A program made the translations under genes and the position numbers. This document shows, piece after piece, positions 10,984 through 21,363 of a stretch of 64,000 nt of DNA. The DNA comes from Alphaproteobacteria bacterium (GTDB lineage: Bacteria > Pseudomonadota > Alphaproteobacteria > CALKHQ01). Under the pieces are notes generated by a model, which made no database searches, had not been told where the DNA came from, and was given only the letters and a program-made list of their open reading frames with translations. Position 1 is the stretch's first letter. Each line of letters begins with the position of its first letter. The stretch is from positions 416,001 to 480,000 of the forward strand of contig CBDDFZ010000002.1 in the NCBI GenBank assembly GCA_965227515.1, in the 5' to 3' direction.

Positions 10984-11454
10984 TCAGAAATAGGGCTTGG
11001 CGACCATCAGCCAGACGATCGCGATGACGGACGAGAAGCCGGGAATGCCGAACAGGAACCACAGGCGAAACAGGCGCCGATAGGCGTCGGGCAGGTCGGT
11101 CCCCGCCGCCACGGCCTGCCGCGCCAGGGTGCGCATGCGCGCCTGCAGCCAGACCACCGGCACCCAGAACACGCCGGCCAGCACATAGAGGCCCAGCGAT
11201 ATCAGAATCCAGTCGTCGGTCAGCGACAGGCCCATCTCGCGCACCAGCAGATAGCCGGTGATCGGCTGGGCGATGACCGATGTGGTGGTGAACAGCCAGT
11301 CGGCCAGCACCACCACCGAGGCGGTGCGCGCGATGAATGCCGGATCGCGGCTGAGGTGGGCCATCAGCATGAAGAAGGCGATGCCGGTGCCGGTGCCCAG
11401 CACGACGATGGCGCCCATGACGTGCAGGAACTTCAGGATCAAGTACGCCGTCAT
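10984..11454 (-). CDS. DUF2269-type integral membrane protein
   Basis: LKFLHVMGA..GTGTG, ADWLFT, QPITG and C-terminal LMVAKP; usual partner of the SDR-DoxX gene. Confidence 0.8.
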   Translation of the reverse strand: MTAYLILKFLHVMGAIVVLGTGTGIAFFMLMAHLSRDPAFIARTASVVVLADWLFTTTSVIAQPITGYLLVREMGLSLTDDWILISLGLYVLAGVFWVPVVWLQARMRTLARQAVAAGTDLPDAYRRLFRLWFLFGIPGFSSVIAIVWLMVAKPYF

Positions 11455-11478
11455 GTTCCGGACGTACCCTTGCGGACC

Positions 11479-12225
11479 TTATTTCCGATCCAGGAACGAG
11501 CGGTAGAAGCCGGCGATCTCCTCCACCGCTAGGTCGAACAGCCGCTTGCCGTCCTCCGGTGTCGACATGCCGGGCGCCGAGCCGATGCGCCCGTCGGGGA
11601 AACGGCGGCGATAGTCCTCGGCGTCGGCGAAGCCGTCCATAGGCGCCACTTCCGGGTCGATTGGTGCTGTCTTGATGGCGTCGGGGAAGGCGTATTGCGT
11701 GACCGACACCTCCGATGGCGTGGCGTGCATGCCCTCCTTGCGGCCATAGAGCTGGTTGCGGAGCTGGGTGACCTTGCGCCCCTCCCACCAGTTGACCATC
11801 CGGCACATCACCGGGGCGGCGTTGCCCGGCCCGGCGAGGCTCGATTGGGCATAGACCTCCGAGAAGGCGGCGTTGACGGTGGCGATGTTGCCGCCGTGGC
11901 CATTGACGAAGAAGAAGCGGTCGAAGCCGTTGCGCGACAGCGAGTTGATCCAGTCGCACAGCGCCGCGATCATCGTTGTAGGCCTGAGCGTGATCGAGCC
12001 GGGAAACGCCAGGTGATGCTGGGCCATGCCGACGCTGAAGGTCGGTGCCACCAGCGCGTTCGCCGCCTCGCCGACGCCGCGCGCGATCACCTCCGCGCAC
12101 AGGGCATCTGTGCCGACCAGGCCGTTCGGGCCGTGCTGCTCGGTCGAGCCGATGGGGATGATGATCCCTGTCGACCGCTTCAGATAGTCCTCGACCTCGG
12201 CCCAGGTCTGCATGTGCAATTGCAT
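11479..12225 (-). CDS. Creatininase (creatinine amidohydrolase) family protein
   Basis: PIGSTEQHGP..GTD, NGHGGN, HA..SE metal-binding motifs; ATG at 12225 (GTG 12234 alternative). Confidence 0.9.
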   Translation of the reverse strand: MQLHMQTWAEVEDYLKRSTGIIIPIGSTEQHGPNGLVGTDALCAEVIARGVGEAANALVAPTFSVGMAQHHLAFPGSITLRPTTMIAALCDWINSLSRNGFDRFFFVNGHGGNIATVNAAFSEVYAQSSLAGPGNAAPVMCRMVNWWEGRKVTQLRNQLYGRKEGMHATPSEVSVTQYAFPDAIKTAPIDPEVAPMDGFADAEDYRRRFPDGRIGSAPGMSTPEDGKRLFDLAVEEIAGFYRSFLDRK

Positions 12226-12334
12226 CGCGCTCACTCAATGTTGCCGCAGAAGTAGTTTTGTCGTCTTCGCCCTTGTGGCTTCGAGCTTCACACATTTCTC
12301 GAAGGGTGGCTCGATCTCCGAGGCAGAAAGATAC

Positions 12335-12512
12335 TGTCGTCCTCGCCCTTGTGGCGAGGACCCATTGATGGCCAGAGCGTCAATAGGTCATTGCGGAGCG
12401 CTATGCGGGGTGGCAGCCGCCCGGTTTCAAATGGCCAAACATGCCGGCGTCTATTGGCATCGGCCCAGTGTGCCCCGCAAATGGGCCCTCGCGACAAGCG
12501 CGAGGGCGACGA
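12335..12512. repeat. REP-like palindrome pair flanking a spacer (REPIN-like)
   Basis: GTCGTCCTCGCCCTTGTGGCGAGGACCCAT ... ATGGGCCCTCGCGACAAGCGCGAGGGCGACG; partial extra copy near 12260. Confidence 0.65.
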
Positions 12513-12537
12513 GAGAGCATATGCGGACGCTGCATGA

Positions 12538-13629
12538 TCAACCAAGCTCCTCCAGCGGCACGTAGTCCATGTCGACACCGAACACGCGCGGGCCCCAGAC
12601 CGCCAGCGCCTCGGGCGTGCGCATCACTGGCGGCACACTGATCGCCATCACCTTGACGCGCTGGCCGTAGCGCAGGCCGTCAGTTGTGATCGGCTCGGCG
12701 GTCTCGCGGTCCAGCACGCAGACCAGGTCGGGCGCCATCGCCAGCGTCCGGCCCTCCAGTTGCACGTGCAGATACTCGTTCTGGAATGCGATATCCATCC
12801 GCTGGCCGCCGCCGTCCAGCGCCTCCAGGATCAGCCGGCCGACCGCGAACCCGCGCGTGGTCTCGCGCAGCAGGTCGACCACCTTGCCGTCGAACAGCAC
12901 CCGGCTGTGGCGCGGCGGGTCGGCGGCGGCGAAGAAGCCTTCCAGCGCCGCGAACGGGTCGCCGTGGGCGGCGCGCGCCTGGCCGATCACCTGGCCGATC
13001 TCGATCGCAAGCGAGATGGTGCGGTGCACCGATTTGGTCTTCGCGTCGCGGCCGCGCATGGGATAGAGCGTGATTTCCGCCTTACCGCCCATGCGGATGC
13101 ACACCACGCGGGCCAGCCACTCCGCGGTCTCGTTGTCGACCGCATTGACCACCACCTCATTCAGGTGCTCGTCCTTGATCACCACCGGGCTGCCGGGAAT
13201 GCCGTAGATGCCGAACGTGGTCATCTGCAATTCAGGGAAGGCGCGGCCCATGCCGTCGGCGTCGACCACCGGCAGGTCCATCAGCGCGCCGACGACACAG
13301 GGCAGGGTGGCGTTGATGCCGCCGGCCTCGATCGGCATCACCGCCGCTGCCTTCTCGCCGGCGATTTCCTCGGCCCGGCGCACGGCGGAGACCGCAGCGT
13401 CGCCGCTGGGGAAGCGCTCGACCAGCACCGTGGGCGCGCCCATGTTGGCGACCGGGATGACCAGGGCGTCGTCGTCCAGGTCGTTGGGGTCGATCAGGCG
13501 CACCCGCTTTCCGCCGGCGAGCTGCTGCTGCAGGATCAGGCGGCCGACATAGGGGTCGCCGCCGCCGCCGGTGCCCAGGAAGGCGGCGCCGCGCGCGAAA
13601 TCGTGCAGGCTGTCGAGGGTCAGGTCCAT
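12538..13629 (-). CDS. DUF917 family protein
   Basis: GAAFLGTGGGGDP, MGAP, EAGGIN, DADGMGRAFPELQM, FQNE, PDL motifs; adjacent to hydantoinase-family gene. Confidence 0.9.
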   Translation of the reverse strand: MDLTLDSLHDFARGAAFLGTGGGGDPYVGRLILQQQLAGGKRVRLIDPNDLDDDALVIPVANMGAPTVLVERFPSGDAAVSAVRRAEEIAGEKAAAVMPIEAGGINATLPCVVGALMDLPVVDADGMGRAFPELQMTTFGIYGIPGSPVVIKDEHLNEVVVNAVDNETAEWLARVVCIRMGGKAEITLYPMRGRDAKTKSVHRTISLAIEIGQVIGQARAAHGDPFAALEGFFAAADPPRHSRVLFDGKVVDLLRETTRGFAVGRLILEALDGGGQRMDIAFQNEYLHVQLEGRTLAMAPDLVCVLDRETAEPITTDGLRYGQRVKVMAISVPPVMRTPEALAVWGPRVFGVDMDYVPLEELG

Positions 13630-13641
13630 GGCGTTTTCCCC

Positions 13642-15189
13642 CTATTCTGCCGCGCCGGCAAGGTCGCCGACCGCCTTCACCCGCACCCGGACCGCGCCGC
13701 CGGGCAGGTAGGTCAGCGGCACCTCGTCGACCTCGATGATGCGCACCGAGCCGGCGGCCGCACCCGCCGCCACCGCGCGGTCGGTGGCCTCCTGCTTGGC
13801 CTCGTCGAGGGCGGCCTCGCGCCCCTTGGCATCGAACGAGAACACGCGGTCGATCTCGCCGCCGACCTGGGCGATGGCGGCCCCGATGGCATTGGCGACG
13901 CCGGCATGCTCCGGCCGGTCGATGCGCTCGGCGCCGGACAGGTCGCGGTCGACCAGCACGCCGCCACCGCCGACCAGCACCACCGGCACCGGCGCCGCGC
14001 TGGTCTTCATCCGGTCGATGCCTTCCTCCAGCATGGCGTGGATGCGGTCCATGCCGGCCTTCACGGTTGCCGGCTCCAGTCCGCCGACGCGTGTGGCGTC
14101 GCCGATATCCGCCGCGCCGGAGGCGACCGCCAGATCGGTTGCGGTCAGCACGTCGCCGCCAAAGACGCGGGCTTTCTCTGTCAACTCGAAGCCGACGGAG
14201 TCCGGACCGACGCGTGCGCCGTCGTCGCGCACATGGCTGCCGCCGCCGAGCCCGATGGCGAGCACGTCGGGCATGCGGAAATTGGTCTTCACCCCGCCGA
14301 CGTCGACCGCGATGGCGGACTCGCGCGGGAAACCCTGGGTCAGCACGCCGATGTCGGTGGTGGTGCCGCCGATATCGACCACCACCGCCTCCTCCAGCCC
14401 GGAGAGGTAGGCCGCGCCGCGCATGGAATTGGTGGGGCCCGACGCGAACGTCAGCACCGGGAACTTCTCCACGAAGTCGGCGGTCATCAGCGTGCCGTCG
14501 TTCTGGCTGATGAAGAAGGGTGCTGTGACGCCGAGGTCCGTCAGCGCCCCACGGAACGCGCCAACCACCCGCGCCGACAGGTCCATCAGCGAGGCGTTCA
14601 TCACCGCCGCGTTCTCGCGCTCGACCATGCCGATGCGGCCTATCTCGCTCGACAGGGTGACGAACGCATCGGGGATCTCGTTGAGCACGATCTCCTCGAC
14701 CCGCTTTTCCATGTCGTTGTTCATCGGCGCAAACACCGAGCTGACCGCGACCGAGCGCAGGCCGCGCGCCTTGATGTCGGCGACGGCGGCCATGATTTCC
14801 TTCTCGTCGAGCGCGGAGATCTTGCGGCCGTCGAACTCGTAGCCGCCATGGGCCATGATGACGTGGTGGCCGACCTGGGCGACCAAATCCTGCGGCCAGT
14901 CGACCAGGGGCGGCAGGCTGGTGGTCGCCGGCAGCGCCAGCCGGATGATCGCGACCTCGATCAGGCGCCGCCGCTCGACGAAGGCGTTGGTGAACTGGGT
15001 GGTGCCGATCATCACGCTGTCCAGCGTGTCTGCGCCGACGCTCGTGCCGTCCAGCACGTTGCGCACGGCGGCGACGATGCCACCGCCCACGTCGGCGGTG
15101 GTCGGCGCCTTCACCGAGGCGACAACCTTGTCGCCGTCCATCAACACCGCATCGGTGTTGGTGCCGCCGACATCCACCCCGATCCGCAT
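13642..15189 (-). CDS. Hydantoinase/oxoprolinase family protein
   Basis: GVDVGGTNTD, SGPTNSMRG, DIGGTTTD, GLGGGS, ANAIGAA. Confidence 0.92.
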   Translation of the reverse strand: MRIGVDVGGTNTDAVLMDGDKVVASVKAPTTADVGGGIVAAVRNVLDGTSVGADTLDSVMIGTTQFTNAFVERRRLIEVAIIRLALPATTSLPPLVDWPQDLVAQVGHHVIMAHGGYEFDGRKISALDEKEIMAAVADIKARGLRSVAVSSVFAPMNNDMEKRVEEIVLNEIPDAFVTLSSEIGRIGMVERENAAVMNASLMDLSARVVGAFRGALTDLGVTAPFFISQNDGTLMTADFVEKFPVLTFASGPTNSMRGAAYLSGLEEAVVVDIGGTTTDIGVLTQGFPRESAIAVDVGGVKTNFRMPDVLAIGLGGGSHVRDDGARVGPDSVGFELTEKARVFGGDVLTATDLAVASGAADIGDATRVGGLEPATVKAGMDRIHAMLEEGIDRMKTSAAPVPVVLVGGGGVLVDRDLSGAERIDRPEHAGVANAIGAAIAQVGGEIDRVFSFDAKGREAALDEAKQEATDRAVAAGAAAGSVRIIEVDEVPLTYLPGGAVRVRVKAVGDLAGAAE

Positions 15190-15240
15190 TGGCCGTCCCC
15201 CTGCGTTGTGCGCCGGATGCAGGGTAGGCGCAAACCGGGT

Positions 15241-15291
15241 CCGATGCCCAGACCCGATGCCCAGACCTGATGCCCAGACCCGATGGCTCGA

Positions 15292-15305
<14 letters not shown>
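15241..15305. repeat. 13-bp tandem repeat (CCGATGCCCAGAC, about 3.5 copies plus livF 3' end)
   Basis: Units at 15241, 15254, 15267, partial 15280; same GATGCCCAGA core forms the livF last codons. Confidence 0.75.
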
Positions 15306-16001
<696 letters not shown>

Positions 16002-16005
<4 letters not shown>

Positions 16006-16904
16006 TTGCTTGATCCCGCGCCTTGCGCGGAGTCTGCGCCAGCCCTCTCCCCCACCCGGCCACCCACACCAGTATCATTGTCGGGTGGCCGGGTGTGGGA
16101 GAGGGCCGGTGCCGATTCCGCGTCAGCGGGAGACGAAGACGTGCTGCCTGTCCCTAGATAGGCAGCAATCACATCCGGGTGGCGGCCGATCTCCTCCGGC
16201 GAGCCCTCGGCCAACAGCTTGCCGAAGCTCATCACCGTGATGCTGTCGCACAGCCCCATGATCGCGTGCATGTCGTGCTCGACCAGCAGCACGGTCATGC
16301 CGGCCTCGCGCAGTTTGCGCATCAGGCCCATCATGGTGTTGGTCTCTTCGGTGTTCATGCCGGCGAACGGCTCGTCGAGCAGCATCACCTTGGGCTGGGC
16401 GGCCAGCGCCACCGCCATGCCCAGCGCGCGCTGGTGGCCGTGGGCGAGGTCGCCGGCGCGGGTATCGGCCAGTCCCTCCAGGTGGAAGAATTCCAGCGCC
16501 TCTGCGGCGGCCGCGCGCATGCTGCGGCGGGCCGGGCCGTCGCGGCCGATCAGCGCCTGCCACAGCCGCGGCGGGTGGATCATGTGGGTGCCCATCTCCA
16601 CGTTCTCCATCACCGTCAGCTCGGCGAACAGGGTGGCGTGCTGGAAGGTGCGGACCACGCCCTGGCGCGCCACCCGGTGCATCGGCTGGCCGGAGAGGCG
16701 TTGGCCGCTGAGCCGCACCTCGCCCTGGTCGGGGCGGTAGAAGCCGGAGATCAGGTTGAAGGTGGTGGTCTTGCCGGCGCCATTGGGGCCGATCAGGCCG
16801 TGGATGGTGCCTTGCGCGACCTGGAAGCTGAGGTCGTTGACCGCGCGCAGGCCGCCGAACGAGCGGCTGAGGCGGTCGACCTCCAGGATCGGTTGCGCGT
16901 TCAC
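16002..16904 (-). CDS. livG: Branched-chain amino acid-type ABC ATP-binding protein with repeat-derived C-terminal extension
   Basis: GTG start overlapping livM stop; FGGLRAV, GPNGAGKTT, LLDEP, VEHDM, AYLG then about 50 extra residues; TGA overlaps livF ATG. Confidence 0.88.
16026..16122. repeat. Palindromic element inside livG coding sequence
   Basis: GCCCTCTCCCCCACCCGGCCACCC ... GGGTGGCCGGGTGTGGGAGAGGGC; second copy at 53391..53470. Confidence 0.8.
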
Positions 16905-17887
16905 GACGCCACCTCCGCGCTCGCACGTGTGCGCCAGAAGGCGAGTTTCGGCACCAGGCTCTCCAGGCCCTTGGGCAGGAACAGCACGGTCACGATCAGG
17001 ATCGCGCCATAGACCAGCGGCCGGCTCTGGTCGAAGTCCAGTTCGCGCAGCACGATCTCGTCGATCACCGTCAGCACCACGCAGCCCAGGATCGGCCCGT
17101 AGAAGGTGGCGGTGCCGCCGACGATGGCCCAGGTCAGCACGTAGACCATCTGCTCGATGTCGAAGCTGTTCGGGTTGACGGTGCCGATGTAGTGGGCGAG
17201 GAGGGCGCCGGCGAGGCCGGCCACCGCCGAGGCGATGACGAACGCCATGGTGCGGTAGCGGCGCACGTTGACGCCGACAGACGCGGCCAGATTGTCCTGC
17301 CAGTGCACGGCGTGGAAGGTGAGCCCGACGGCCGAGCGTTCCAGCCGCCGCATGCCCCACAGGCACACGATCACCACCAGGCCGGCGAAGTAGTAGTAGT
17401 TGGTCGGCTCGAAGAAATCGAAGAAGTAGATGCCGAGGTCGATGTCGGGCATCGGGTCGATGCGGCTCAGCCCCTGCGGGCCGCCGAACGGCTCGCGGAA
17501 GCGGCGCCAGAGCAGGCGGATGATCTCGCCGGCGGCGAACGAGCCAATCAGGAAGTAGAACCCCTTCATCCGGAACAGCGGGAACGACAGCACCCAGGCG
17601 ACCGCGCCGGCGACCAGGGCGCCGAGCAGCATCGAGATGGGCACCAGCCCGATCTGCTTGGAGATCAGCGCGCTGGCATAGGCGCCGACGCCCATGATGA
17701 CGACATGGCCCAGCGACCACTCGCCGGTCAGCGTCAGCAGGCGGTAGCTGCACACCACCAGGATGTTGATGGTGAGGAAGACCAGGATTTCCTGCTGCGA
17801 GTAGCTCAGCACGTGGGGCAGCGCGATCAGCGCCGCGGCCACCACGGCGCCGACCAGCAGGCGGTTGAGCATGGTGCCGCTAGGCAC
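16901..17887 (-). CDS. livM: Branched-chain amino acid-type ABC permease
   Basis: TGEWSLGH, GGPQG, IVGG..T..GPILG, LFLPKG. Confidence 0.88.
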   Translation of the reverse strand: MPSGTMLNRLLVGAVVAAALIALPHVLSYSQQEILVFLTINILVVCSYRLLTLTGEWSLGHVVIMGVGAYASALISKQIGLVPISMLLGALVAGAVAWVLSFPLFRMKGFYFLIGSFAAGEIIRLLWRRFREPFGGPQGLSRIDPMPDIDLGIYFFDFFEPTNYYYFAGLVVIVCLWGMRRLERSAVGLTFHAVHWQDNLAASVGVNVRRYRTMAFVIASAVAGLAGALLAHYIGTVNPNSFDIEQMVYVLTWAIVGGTATFYGPILGCVVLTVIDEIVLRELDFDQSRPLVYGAILIVTVLFLPKGLESLVPKLAFWRTRASAEVAS

Positions 17888-18746
17888 GGTCGGCGGTCCC
17901 GAACAGGCCGGTCGGCTTCACCACCAGCACCACCAGCATCAGGGACAGGCCGACGATGTCGGCGGTGACGCCGTCGATGTAGGTGGTGACGAAGGTGTGG
18001 ACCAGCGCATAGAGCACGGCCGCGATCACCGCGCCGCCCAGGCTGCCGACGCCGCCGACGATGATGACGATGAACGCGGTGACGATGACGGTGTGGCCCA
18101 TATGCGGGCTGACGGTGACCAGGGGCGCGGTCAGCGCGCCGGCCACGCCCGCCAGCGCCGCACCGATGAACATGGCGATCCGCGCCGTCGAGCTGATCGA
18201 TATGCCTTGCAGGGCGGCCGCCTCCGGGTCCTGGGCGCTCGCGCGCACCGCCCAGCCGAAGCGGGTGCGGGTCAGGAACAGCCATAGCCCGACGAGCAGC
18301 ACCACGGCCGCGATGATGACATAGAGGCGGGAAACGGCGAGGCTGATCTGGTCGCCGAACACGATGACCTCCTGGGTCACCGGCGGCACGTGCTCCATGC
18401 GCACGCCGAACCCGATGTCGGCCAACGCTTGCAGGATCATAAGGAGTCCGATGGAGGCGACGAGCCCGCCCAGCGGGTTCTCGCGCAACGGCCGGAACAG
18501 CCCGCGTTCCATCGCGATGCCGACCGCGCCGACGAAGATCAGGCCGGCCGCCACCGCCAGGATGAACGGCAGTTCGGCATCGGCGTAGAGCGCCACCACG
18601 CCATAGGCGCCCATCATGTAGAGCTCGCCATGGGCGAAGTTGATGATGCCGACGACGCCGAAGATCAGCACCAGCCCGACGGTCACCAGCGCGATGTAGC
18701 TGGAGGCGTAGACCGCGTTGAGCACGGTTTGCAGGAACAGGTCCAC
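17880..18746 (-). CDS. livH: Branched-chain amino acid-type ABC permease
   Basis: GLVLIFG..INFAHGELYM, GGVGSLGG, KPTGLFG. Confidence 0.9.
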   Translation of the reverse strand: MDLFLQTVLNAVYASSYIALVTVGLVLIFGVVGIINFAHGELYMMGAYGVVALYADAELPFILAVAAGLIFVGAVGIAMERGLFRPLRENPLGGLVASIGLLMILQALADIGFGVRMEHVPPVTQEVIVFGDQISLAVSRLYVIIAAVVLLVGLWLFLTRTRFGWAVRASAQDPEAAALQGISISSTARIAMFIGAALAGVAGALTAPLVTVSPHMGHTVIVTAFIVIIVGGVGSLGGAVIAAVLYALVHTFVTTYIDGVTADIVGLSLMLVVLVVKPTGLFGTADRA

Positions 18747-18766
18747 TGCTACGCCAACCCCTCAGG

Positions 18767-18876
18767 CGTCATGGCCGGACTTGATCCGGCCATCCACGTG
18801 GATGTTGCAGTACGACGGCGTAGCCTGTGCTTCGTCATCGTCTGCGTGGATGCGCGGATCAAGTCCGCGCATGACG
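18767..18876. repeat. CGTC-type REP palindrome pair
   Basis: CGTCATGGCCGGACTTGATCCGGCCATCCACG ... CGTGGATGCGCGGATCAAGTCCGCGCATGACG. Confidence 0.82.
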
Positions 18877-18900
18877 AGAGAAAGCGTGGAAGTCAGCCGA

Positions 18901-20208
18901 TCAGCCCCGCTGGTAGTACATCTGGCCGTAGGCTTCCATGTGCTTGATCATCAGGTCGCGGTGCTCATTGTACCAGGCCGGGATCGAGCGGAACTCCTCG
19001 ATGGTCGCCTTGCCGTTGCGGATCACCACCACCGGCCAGTTGCCGACCAGCGCATTGTTGATCCCGAACAGGTCCTCGCCCCACCACTCGGCCTCGCCGA
19101 ATGCGTGGCGGCCGGTGCCGCCTTCCTTCATCGCCGCCAGCACGTCGGCGGGCTCGGCCGAGCCGGCGCTTTCCGCCGCCGCCTTCCACAGGTCCATGAT
19201 CGCGGCGTACTCCCACGACACAGCACCCCACTCGCCGGGATGGCGCTCGTTGTAGACCGCGAAGAAGTCGTTCGGGTTCTGGAAGTTCAGGCTCTCGTCG
19301 TTCAGCGCCGGGTCGTCGAAGTCCGGGAACTGGAACACGAAGCCTTCCATGAACTCGACCGAGGTCTTCTCGATCATCTGGTCGTAGAAGTCGGCGGTGC
19401 AGGAGATGATCTGCCCCTGATAGCCCTGCTGGAACAGCTGCTCGGTGATCGGGTGCACGTAGTCGGAATAGCAGGTGTCCAGGCACACGATGTCCGGCCC
19501 GTCAGCGATGAGGCGCGAGACGATGGGCGCGAAGTCGGTGGTTGCCGGGTCGAACAGCAGCGGCTCGGACTGCATCTCGATGCCCGCGGCCTCGAACGCG
19601 GCCAGGTAGGTGGCGACCGAGGGCAGGCCCAACAGGTCGTCCTGGGCGCACATCACCGCGGTCTTCAGGTCGGGCTGGTTCTCCGCCAGCCAGGCGACGC
19701 CGGTGACGTTGTAGATCGGGTGCACCTCGGCCGGTGCCAGCAGGGTCGGCGTGTCGGGCGACAGGTCCGACGGCAGCAAGGTGGAGAACAGCATGCCGGT
19801 GCGGTCGGCCACCGGCTGCACGCCGGGCCAGGTGTCGCCGCCCAGCATCATGATGAACTTGACCCCATCCTCGCGGATCAACTGGGTGGCGCCGGTGCGC
19901 GCGATCGCCGGATCGTACTCGTTGTCGTAGCCGATGAACTCGACCGGGTGCGCGGTGTCGCCGATCTGGATGCCGCCGGCCTCGTTCACCCACTCGGCCC
20001 AGATCTGGCAGCCGTCGAGTCCGGGCCGTCCCCAGGCCGCCACCGGACCGGTCAGCGGCGCCAGGAAACCGATCTTGATCGGCTCGCCCTGTTGCGCGCG
20101 CGCCTTGCGCGGCAGGCCGGATGCGAGCGCGGCACCGCCGGCGACGGTCGCCGACGTGCCCAGGAAACGGCGTCGATTGAGCTTGTTGCGCAGCGGATTG
20201 CGGATCAT
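18901..20208 (-). CDS. Liv-type ABC substrate-binding protein, Tat-exported
   Basis: Start MIRNPLR; NRRRFLG twin-arginine motif; IKIGFLAPLTGP..WG, NEAGGI, TTDF. Confidence 0.88.
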   Translation of the reverse strand: MIRNPLRNKLNRRRFLGTSATVAGGAALASGLPRKARAQQGEPIKIGFLAPLTGPVAAWGRPGLDGCQIWAEWVNEAGGIQIGDTAHPVEFIGYDNEYDPAIARTGATQLIREDGVKFIMMLGGDTWPGVQPVADRTGMLFSTLLPSDLSPDTPTLLAPAEVHPIYNVTGVAWLAENQPDLKTAVMCAQDDLLGLPSVATYLAAFEAAGIEMQSEPLLFDPATTDFAPIVSRLIADGPDIVCLDTCYSDYVHPITEQLFQQGYQGQIISCTADFYDQMIEKTSVEFMEGFVFQFPDFDDPALNDESLNFQNPNDFFAVYNERHPGEWGAVSWEYAAIMDLWKAAAESAGSAEPADVLAAMKEGGTGRHAFGEAEWWGEDLFGINNALVGNWPVVVIRNGKATIEEFRSIPAWYNEHRDLMIKHMEAYGQMYYQRG

Positions 20209-20340
20209 GGATGCCTCCCGTTTCGGCGCGTCGCCCGTGGCTTGCGGCCCCCTCGGCCGGCCCCCTGACCAACCCCAAGACCGGCAATGGCTTGCGCACG
20301 ATATCTGGTCGGCGCGAGTGTGGCGCAAGTTTCCAAATAC

Positions 20341-20376
20341 GTCCACAGGACCAAGAAAGGTTGTCCACCGGTCCAA
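20341..20376. promoter_or_regulatory. Repeated operator-like motif GTCCAC(A/C)GG(A/T)CCAA (possible GntR-family sites)
   Basis: Two copies at 20341..20354 and 20363..20376, 22 bp apart, in a divergent promoter region. Confidence 0.4.
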
Positions 20377-20446
20377 AGACCGGCAACCTATGTGTGTGCG
20401 TCATGTCGCCGGGTTGAGGCGCCGACTTGTGCACTGTATCGTTTCT

Positions 20447-20458
20447 GTAATCGATTAC
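20447..20458. promoter_or_regulatory. LacI-type operator-like palindrome GTAATCGATTAC
   Basis: Perfect 12-bp palindrome with central CG upstream of a sugar ABC operon; identical copy at 38497..38508. Confidence 0.6.
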
Positions 20459-20559
20459 TGGTCAACAGGCCTGCAAGGCCGATGACAATTGACCGGTCCG
20501 TGCGGAGCGCCGCCGCCAGCAAGGCCAAAAACAGAGCGCCAGCACCGGGAGGGATCTTC

Positions 20560-21363
20560 TTGAGCGACGGCTCACCCTACGTCCATGCCATGCGCATGGC
20601 GAACATCCACAAGCGCTTCGGCAATGTCGTGGCGCTCGACGACATTTCCATCGAGGTCGGCCGAAACGAGGTCGTCGGCCTGCTCGGCGACAACGGCGCC
20701 GGCAAGTCGACCCTGATCAAGATCCTGACCGGTGTCGAGCGCCCAACGTCCGGCGAGCTCTACGTGCGCGACCAGCGCGTCGACCTCAACCGGTACTCGG
20801 TACGCCGCGCCCACGAGCTTGGCATCGAGACCGTCTATCAGCAGAAGTCGCTGGGCGAGAAGCTGCCGCTGTGGCGCAACTTCTTCGTCGGCCGCAACAT
20901 CACCAACCGCTGGGGCTTCATCAAGGTCAAGGAACAGAAGGAAATCGCCGAGGAGATCTTGAAGAAGTCCATCGGTTTCCGCGGCGTCGGCATCGGGGTC
21001 GATGCCGAGGTGGCCAGGCTCTCCGGCGGTGAGCGCCAGGGCGTCGCCATCGGGCGTGCCATGCACTTCGACGCCGATCTGATCGTGCTCGACGAGCCGA
21101 CGGTGGCGCTGGCGGTCAAGGAGGTGCGCAAGGTGCTGAACTTCATCGAGGACATTCGCGCCTCCGGCCGCGCCTGCCTCTACATCGAGCACAACCTGGC
21201 GCATGTGCACGAGGTCGCCGACCGCATGGTCATCATCGACCGCGGCCGGGTGGCGGGGGAGGTCAAGCGCGGCGAGATGGATGTGCACCAGCTGACCGAC
21301 TATTTCCTGTCCCTGCAGCATGACAACGCCGCCGCAGACACTATGGCCGAGGAGGTTGCCTGA
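20560..21363 (+). CDS. Sugar-type ABC ATP-binding protein
   Basis: TTG start after GGGAGGG RBS; GDNGAGKST, LSGGERQ, VLDEPT; paralog of 6583..7350. Confidence 0.88.
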   Translation: MSDGSPYVHAMRMANIHKRFGNVVALDDISIEVGRNEVVGLLGDNGAGKSTLIKILTGVERPTSGELYVRDQRVDLNRYSVRRAHELGIETVYQQKSLGEKLPLWRNFFVGRNITNRWGFIKVKEQKEIAEEILKKSIGFRGVGIGVDAEVARLSGGERQGVAIGRAMHFDADLIVLDEPTVALAVKEVRKVLNFIEDIRASGRACLYIEHNLAHVHEVADRMVIIDRGRVAGEVKRGEMDVHQLTDYFLSLQHDNAAADTMAEEVA

